Shown piece after piece: positions 61,101 through 64,000 of a stretch of 64,000 nt of DNA; the first letter of the stretch is position 1, and each line of letters opens with the position of its first letter. The notes below the pieces were generated by a model. That model saw only the letters and a list, made by a program, of their open reading frames with translations, had not been told where the DNA came from and did no database searches. Source of the DNA: Podarcis cretensis (taxonomy: Eukaryota); NCBI GenBank assembly GCA_951804945.1, contig OX638154.1:51956001-52020000 (forward strand), in the 5' to 3' direction. The translations under genes and the position numbers were made by a program.

Positions 61101-61186
61101 ACAAACGGCGTGTGAAGGAGATGGTAAAGGAGTTCACACTGCTGTGCCGAGGACTACATGGTACCGAATACACAGCAGACTACTGA
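18752..61186 (+). CDS. IPO13: Importin-13 (karyopherin-beta family), whole CDS, 20 coding exons, 2883 nt, 960 aa
   Basis: Exon translations match vertebrate IPO13 throughout ([31 protein letters not shown]...[18 protein letters not shown]). All introns GT-AG and phases consistent. Exon lengths sum to 961 codons. Confidence 0.98.
19620..19745 (+). mobile_element. Squam3-like SINE fragment
   Basis: cctggcatctcca...gggaaagacctctgtctcagaccctggagagc...tataaggcagcttccta; similar to 38301-38450. Confidence 0.65.
22435..22811 (+). mobile_element. Tc1/mariner (pogo/Tigger-like) MITE
   Basis: TA|CAGTGGTACCTCG terminus, TA TSD, internal CGTCTTGCGA repeats. Near-identical copy at 56753-57106. Confidence 0.88.
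23785..23986 (+). mobile_element. MIR/CORE-like tRNA-derived SINE
   Basis: tRNA-like head, CORE-like ctgggtgaccttgg...tacctcacagggttgatgtg, A-rich tail. Confidence 0.6.
24461..25020 (-). mobile_element. CR1 LINE 3' fragment
   Basis: ORF 24565-24834 gives the CR1 ORF2 C-terminus (FKYLKG...RTQTNG...[14 protein letters not shown]). Ends with the CR1 octamer tail (ttctatgattct). Confidence 0.88.
25585..25734 (-). mobile_element. BovB (RTE) LINE 3' end, 5'-truncated
   Basis: Minus strand ends GGGGTCACGAAGAGTCGGACACGACTAAACGACTAAAC(AAC)n, the BovB 3' terminus. Confidence 0.85.
28048..28298 (-). mobile_element. Non-autonomous hAT element, same family as 1745-2004
   Basis: Reverse-complement match along its whole length. 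TSD ATCTGGAG/ATCTGTAG. Confidence 0.9.
30206..30462. mobile_element. Probable PIF/Harbinger-type MITE
   Basis: Imperfect TIRs AGGGCTCGTTCACACTT / AAGTGTGGAGTAGCCCT with TCA/TTA-like flanks and an internal palindrome. Confidence 0.55.
30966..31211. mobile_element. Tc1/mariner (Tigger-like) MITE, CpG-retaining
   Basis: TA|CAGGCATACCTCGG ... GAGGTACCACTG|TA. Confidence 0.82.
31534..32270 (+). CDS. IPO13: IPO13 exon 2
   Basis: [10 protein letters not shown]...ISQPDAQR; tag| and AG|gtaagt. Confidence 0.97.
33690..34074 (+). mobile_element. Older hAT (Charlie-like) element
   Basis: Ends ggcctttgggctgaagaggttttcccatccctg, similar to the 1745-family terminus. Body resembles 17072-17490. Confidence 0.55.
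35307..35471 (-). mobile_element. CR1 3' tail fragment
   Basis: Aligns by eye with 24461-24630. Confidence 0.8.
37468..37587 (+). mobile_element. Short L2 3'-end fragment
   Basis: agacatctgaaggcagccctgt..gggaagtttttaat...gccgcccag...ggggtataaataataaa; paralogous to 38130-38260. Confidence 0.8.
37588..38300 (+). mobile_element. L2-clade LINE, 5'-truncated; uninterrupted ORF2 C-terminus, 3' UTR and (TTA)n tail
   Basis: SRLDYCNAL...[11 protein letters not shown]...[14 protein letters not shown]...[14 protein letters not shown] are L2 ORF2 motifs. Stop at 38175, then a 3' stem-loop and a microsatellite tail. Confidence 0.93.
38620..40020 (-). mobile_element. Degenerate L2-like LINE remnant, with a fold-back MITE at ~39523-39652
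   Basis: Minus strand retains traces of RLDYCN / LHWL-type segments (cattgcaataatctgaatg; agccagtgcagttgttttaag). Confidence 0.5.
40079..40133. repeat. (AAT)n microsatellite
   Basis: Seen directly, ~18 units. Confidence 0.95.
40682..40923. mobile_element. Tc1/mariner (Tigger-like) MITE
   Basis: TA|CAGTGGTACCT ... AGGTACCACTG|TA with internal TAACCTGA repeats. Confidence 0.88.
41270..41730 (+). mobile_element. Degenerate CR1 3' fragment
   Basis: gacaaaaagaaaatagttcttcacacagtgcacaactaacttgtggaattcact...gcatctggttgggc; related to 3655-4015. Confidence 0.55.
41800..41940 (+). CDS. IPO13: IPO13 exon 3
   Basis: [10 protein letters not shown]...ALGENHSR; cag| and CG|gtgagg. Confidence 0.95.
42140..42275. 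mobile_element. Fold-back hAT MITE (ACTACA family), IPO13 intron 3
   Basis: Near-perfect palindrome. TSD TACTATAC/GACTATAC. Confidence 0.88.
42413..42548. mobile_element. Fold-back hAT MITE (ACTACA family), second copy
   Basis: Near-perfect palindrome. Perfect TSD CTGTAGAG. Confidence 0.9.
42674..42815 (+). CDS. IPO13: IPO13 exon 4
   Basis: [10 protein letters not shown]...TFWYTLQ; cag| and CAG|gtaagt. Confidence 0.95.
44772..44938 (+). CDS. IPO13: IPO13 exon 5
   Basis: [10 protein letters not shown]...EQFRIYR; cag| and CG|gtatga. Confidence 0.95.
45169..45289 (+). CDS. IPO13: IPO13 exon 6
   Basis: VDISDTLMY...QPSSWQ; cag| and CAG|gtgagt. Confidence 0.95.
47070..47217 (+). CDS. IPO13: IPO13 exon 7
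   Basis: [10 protein letters not shown]...TVMFTI; cag| and G|gtaaga. Confidence 0.95.
47887..48068 (+). CDS. IPO13: IPO13 exon 8
   Basis: [10 protein letters not shown]...IVAVSQ; tag| and CAG|gtaact. Confidence 0.95.
49048..49074 (+). CDS. IPO13: IPO13 exon 9 (27-nt microexon)
   Basis: DVLMKQIHK; tag| and AAG|gtaaga. Confidence 0.93.
49643..49777 (+). CDS. IPO13: IPO13 exon 10
   Basis: [10 protein letters not shown]...EKLADET; cag| and ACG|gtgagc. Confidence 0.95.
50155..50298 (+). CDS. IPO13: IPO13 exon 11
   Basis: [11 protein letters not shown]...VPQGPNP; cag| and CCG|gtgggt. Confidence 0.95.
50834..50914 (+). CDS. IPO13: IPO13 exon 12
   Basis: [10 protein letters not shown]...DAQVVE; tag| and GAG|gtaatg. 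Confidence 0.95.
51028..51186. mobile_element. Penelope-like retroelement remnant with inverted terminal duplication
   Basis: tccagtagcaccttaaagaccaactaa and its inverse form a ~50-bp stem. 13-bp direct repeat TTGAAGAATGTAT on both sides. Confidence 0.72.
51427..51564 (+). CDS. IPO13: IPO13 exon 13
   Basis: [10 protein letters not shown]...IDLTRQ; cag| and CAG|gtaagt. Confidence 0.95.
51937..52033 (+). CDS. IPO13: IPO13 exon 14
   Basis: [10 protein letters not shown]...TLFQQ; cag| and G|gtacgt. Confidence 0.95.
53498..53550 (+). CDS. IPO13: IPO13 exon 15
   Basis: [18 protein letters not shown]; tag| and CAG|gtgtgt. Confidence 0.95.
54524..54552 (-). mobile_element. Extremely 5'-truncated Sauria SINE tail
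   Basis: GGTAAAGGTAAAGGGACCCCTGACCATCA flanked by 7-bp TSD GCTAATA. Confidence 0.7.
56753..57106 (+). mobile_element. Tc1/mariner MITE, same family as 22435-22811
   Basis: TIR CAGTGGTGCCTCGCAAGACGAA / TTCGTCTTGCGAGGTACCACTG; TA TSD. Confidence 0.9.
57913..58100 (-). mobile_element. Full-length Squam3 SINE
   Basis: Minus strand: gggctgtaattcagtggcagagcatctgccttgcac...cagtcagtgtagataatactgagctagatggaccaatgg...ttcctatg. Confidence 0.85.
58909..58975 (+). CDS. IPO13: IPO13 exon 16
   Basis: [22 protein letters not shown]; cag| and G|gtgagt. Confidence 0.95.
59254..59312 (+). CDS. IPO13: IPO13 exon 17
   Basis: [19 protein letters not shown]; tag| and TTT|gtgagt. Confidence 0.95.
59685..59774 (+). 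CDS. IPO13: IPO13 exon 18
   Basis: [10 protein letters not shown]...LQAVLE; cag| and GAG|gtaagg. Confidence 0.95.
60144..60325 (+). CDS. IPO13: IPO13 exon 19
   Basis: [10 protein letters not shown]...FSQQIL; cag| and AG|gtaaac. Confidence 0.95.
61090..61186 (+). CDS. IPO13: IPO13 exon 20 (coding part)
   Basis: [10 protein letters not shown]...[11 protein letters not shown]; tandem acceptor tagcag|. Confidence 0.95.
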
Positions 61187-61689
61187 GGGGCCATGTAGCA
61201 AAACAGGAGCATGAACAGATCTGCTGGCTACCTGCCACTGCCTAACGCTGCTATTGAACCAGCTCATAGGACGATAACTGCAACTAACCTGCTGAGGCTG
61301 CTCCTCTCAAGAATGAGCTGTTTGTCCATCCCTCCTGCATGTTCAGAGGCAGCAGGCTACAAGGACATGGAGCACAGGCTGGAGCTGAGGAGATTTCCTC
61401 CCCCTGCTAGACTGGTGCAATGATTGCCCCTTGTTTTCCTGGCACACTCCTGTAGACATATCTGTGGTATTGTCTGTTCCTAAAGAGTCTGCCTTTGCCC
61501 TGCATGAGGCAGCTTGTGTCTGACTGAAGTGGAAGGCCCTGCAGCCTTGAATTATATTAAGGCTATTTCTAAGCTGTGGTGTTTGGTGAATTGGGGGAAG
61601 AGACGTATCTTCTGGACAATATTGGGCAGGGGAGGGTAAAAAGCTGTAGCAGCTGCAGTTGCACTTATAGCTGCCCTAGCCTAACGAGT

Positions 61690-62537
61690 AATAAAGAAGA
61701 GTATGATGTCGTTTTGGACAAAGAAGAAATCCAAATTCTGCAACAAAGTATTGGAAAGAATCAAAGTTAGCTTCTCAGAAGGAAGCATACCTGCCAGCCT
61801 TTGCATTTCTTGGTGTGCTGGCAAAGTTGCATAACCAGTTCAATTCTTCTTTTTGCAGGCAACAATCTATAGGAGCATCCCGTGGAAGGCATATTATCAT
61901 ACTAGCCTGTACTATGAATGATAGTTTCTAGGTTCATTTAAAAGGGTTGCAGCCACCTTTATGCGCTCTGATGAAAAATGTCCCTGGTTGCTTCTGCAGC
62001 TGAAGATCAAGATGTAACAATGGATCTGAGGGTGTGCTACTGTTTATGGTGGAAGGATGGAAGAGGAGCAAATCATTTTCATATGGGGGACTGTTGGTAT
62101 TGCAGGTTTGGAGACTAACCAGGTTGAGCAAATGTGCAATTCAGAATGACTCCAGGGCCAGTTTCAGTCTTACCTCCCCATACAACACGAGTAGGTTCCT
62201 AACCTGAGACTTGTTGTAATGTTTCCTAACCCTCGGTAGTGAAGCTCAGTTTACATAAGAGCAGGTTGGGATGGCTTGAACCTTAGTCAATCCTTTCTAT
62301 TTAACAAGAGCTTACCAAAGTAACCATTGAACCATCTAAATAACAATAGCAGATACCAGTGTGGTAAAGTACTGGAGCAGAAGTTCTCAAACACTTGCAG
62401 GCTCCATTGAGGTGGTTTGTGGAGTGGTCACAAGTATCTGTACTTGGTCCTGCACTTTATATTTTCTGATGATAGAGATGGACTTCACAGAACGTTGCTC
62501 ACAAAAAAACAGGCATATCCATCACATTAGAAATAAA
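61690..62537 (+). terminator. Candidate IPO13 poly(A) signals (AATAAA at 61690 and 62532)
   Basis: Hexamers downstream of the stop codon. The sequence alone cannot show which is used, if either. Confidence 0.35.
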
Positions 62538-64000
62538 AGACTGCAGTTATTTAGAGTATGAGTTATAAAACAAAAAAGTAGCTGGCTGAGACCTGCACCA
62601 TCCACAGCATTTTCCAAGTGGTCCATGAAAAAATGGTTTGGGAACTGCTGTACTAGAGGTTTATGTAGACATCAGCTGGAGCTTCTGCATTTCCAAGGCA
62701 AAACATGTTCTTGGGGAAGAATATGCTTATGGGACAACAGAAGCTGAAACAAAACCAGGCATCTTAAGTAAATGCAAAAAGTAGCATACTGACAATGCAC
62801 TGTTCTAGGTCAAGTCTTGAAAAGTGAATAGGGTATACCGTATTTTTTTCCAAGTAAGGGTTGTTCCAGTTCAGGCAGATGAAGTACTTTGAATCTGGAA
62901 ACAAGATAAGCATTTTGTGTAATCCTGGCTTGTTAAGTAACTGCTTTCACTGGTTAAAAAAGACAAATTATATCAGAAATCTTCACATCAAATGTGGACT
63001 TAATGTTTAGCTAATCAGTGCAACCAAGTAGTTTATGTGTTTTGATCAGAAATTGGAGTTGTGATCTTATAGATTACTTATCTTGAATAGATGTGAAACC
63101 TTCACAATGCATATGGAAAGAACAAAGTACAGTTGGCTATATTAAGGAAAAAGCAGTACTCTGGTATTTCTATAGCAGTGGCCATGATTAAACCCCGGTA
63201 AAGAGAAGTATCTACATTAATGCACAAAACAAGCAGTACTTGGCAGAGAATGTGCCTTCTAGGTTTGGGCATGTGGTACATTGCTGCACCTTCTCTCTTT
63301 CTACTGATTTCAGTGTTTCTGTCTGGTGTTCTTTGCACTGAAACATTCCTTTAAAAAGTAGCATTTTGAGGCTGTGTGCTATACCTTTCAGTTATTTATT
63401 TGAAGCTCTTACTTCCATGCTGCTTATCTAAGCACTCCACACTTTGCCTTATTAGGAAAGGTATTGATCACTGGTGTGGTCATGGGCTGCTACAGTGCTT
63501 AGCATATGATGTTGCTGCTTTCCGGAACCTGATACCTATGCAACTGCTGCCCAGGACCTTGACTGATGAGCTTGCATTGCACACAGCACTTGACCCACGT
63601 CTTCATAGGTGGTATAAGTAGAGTAGAAGGTACAAGCAAGAGACTGTAAGAGGCCATGGAACTGAATCTTACTTTGCAGCATGGAGCAAAAAGCAACATA
63701 ATCATTACTAGCTTGTGCAAAAGACTGCCTGTTATACCTTTCTTGTGCTTTTTTTTTTTTTGGTCTGGTATGGCATGGCAGTTGGAGAATGGAATGTGTA
63801 GGTGATGTTCTGAAAATAGTGTTAAGAGGAAACAAACTTACGGAGATTAGGAGCAGTGCTCATGTCTAAACATGGCTTCTCCACAGTTATGCTGCATTTT
63901 GTAGTATGGTTTATGGAGTTGCATACTTCCTTGGTTATTCAGTATTCTTGTTTGCCCCACTCCTGTCTATCTTGGCCTTTCTGTCTATCTTGGCCTTTCT

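Noticed and set aside
61187-64000. Start of the downstream neighbour (DPH2 expected by synteny)
   Set aside because: No CpG island or recognisable coding exon before the window ends. The short ORFs look like UTR or intergenic noise.
63963-64000. 18-bp tandem duplication CTGTCTATCTTGGCCTTT (similar small duplications at ~29697, ~30148, ~46488)
   Set aside because: Ordinary slippage-type duplications with no further structure; this one is truncated by the window edge.

Overview
Vertebrate genomic DNA, not prokaryotic. The repeat content (Sauria SINE/Squam1 of lacertid type, Squam3, BovB, CR1, L2, Penelope, hAT and Tc1/mariner MITEs) points to a squamate, probably a lacertid lizard (inference). 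Two intact protein-coding genes lie in tandem on the + strand. ARTN (artemin, GDNF-family ligand) has 3 coding exons, 12195-13987, 234 aa, and lies downstream of a CpG island at ~6.9-8.2 kb. IPO13 (importin-13) has 20 coding exons, 18752-61186, 960 aa, with a CpG-island promoter at ~17.6-18.9 kb. This is the same gene order as human 1p34. All exons were placed by hand: every junction is GT-AG and the phases join into open frames. Most other ORFs in the track are GC-rich or repeat-derived noise. I found no clearly new protein-coding system. The most unusual pattern is regulatory: several unrelated non-autonomous DNA transposons carry housekeeping-promoter motifs (ZNF143/THAP11 ACTACA..CCCA, or paired ETS+NRF1), and one motif is almost the same as the tandem sites in the IPO13 promoter. 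Other leads are an IPO13 uORF, a possible signal-peptide-less ARTN isoform, a NAGNAG acceptor and several nested insertions with intact target-site duplications. Repeat family names and human comparisons come from recalled consensus sequences and need database confirmation.
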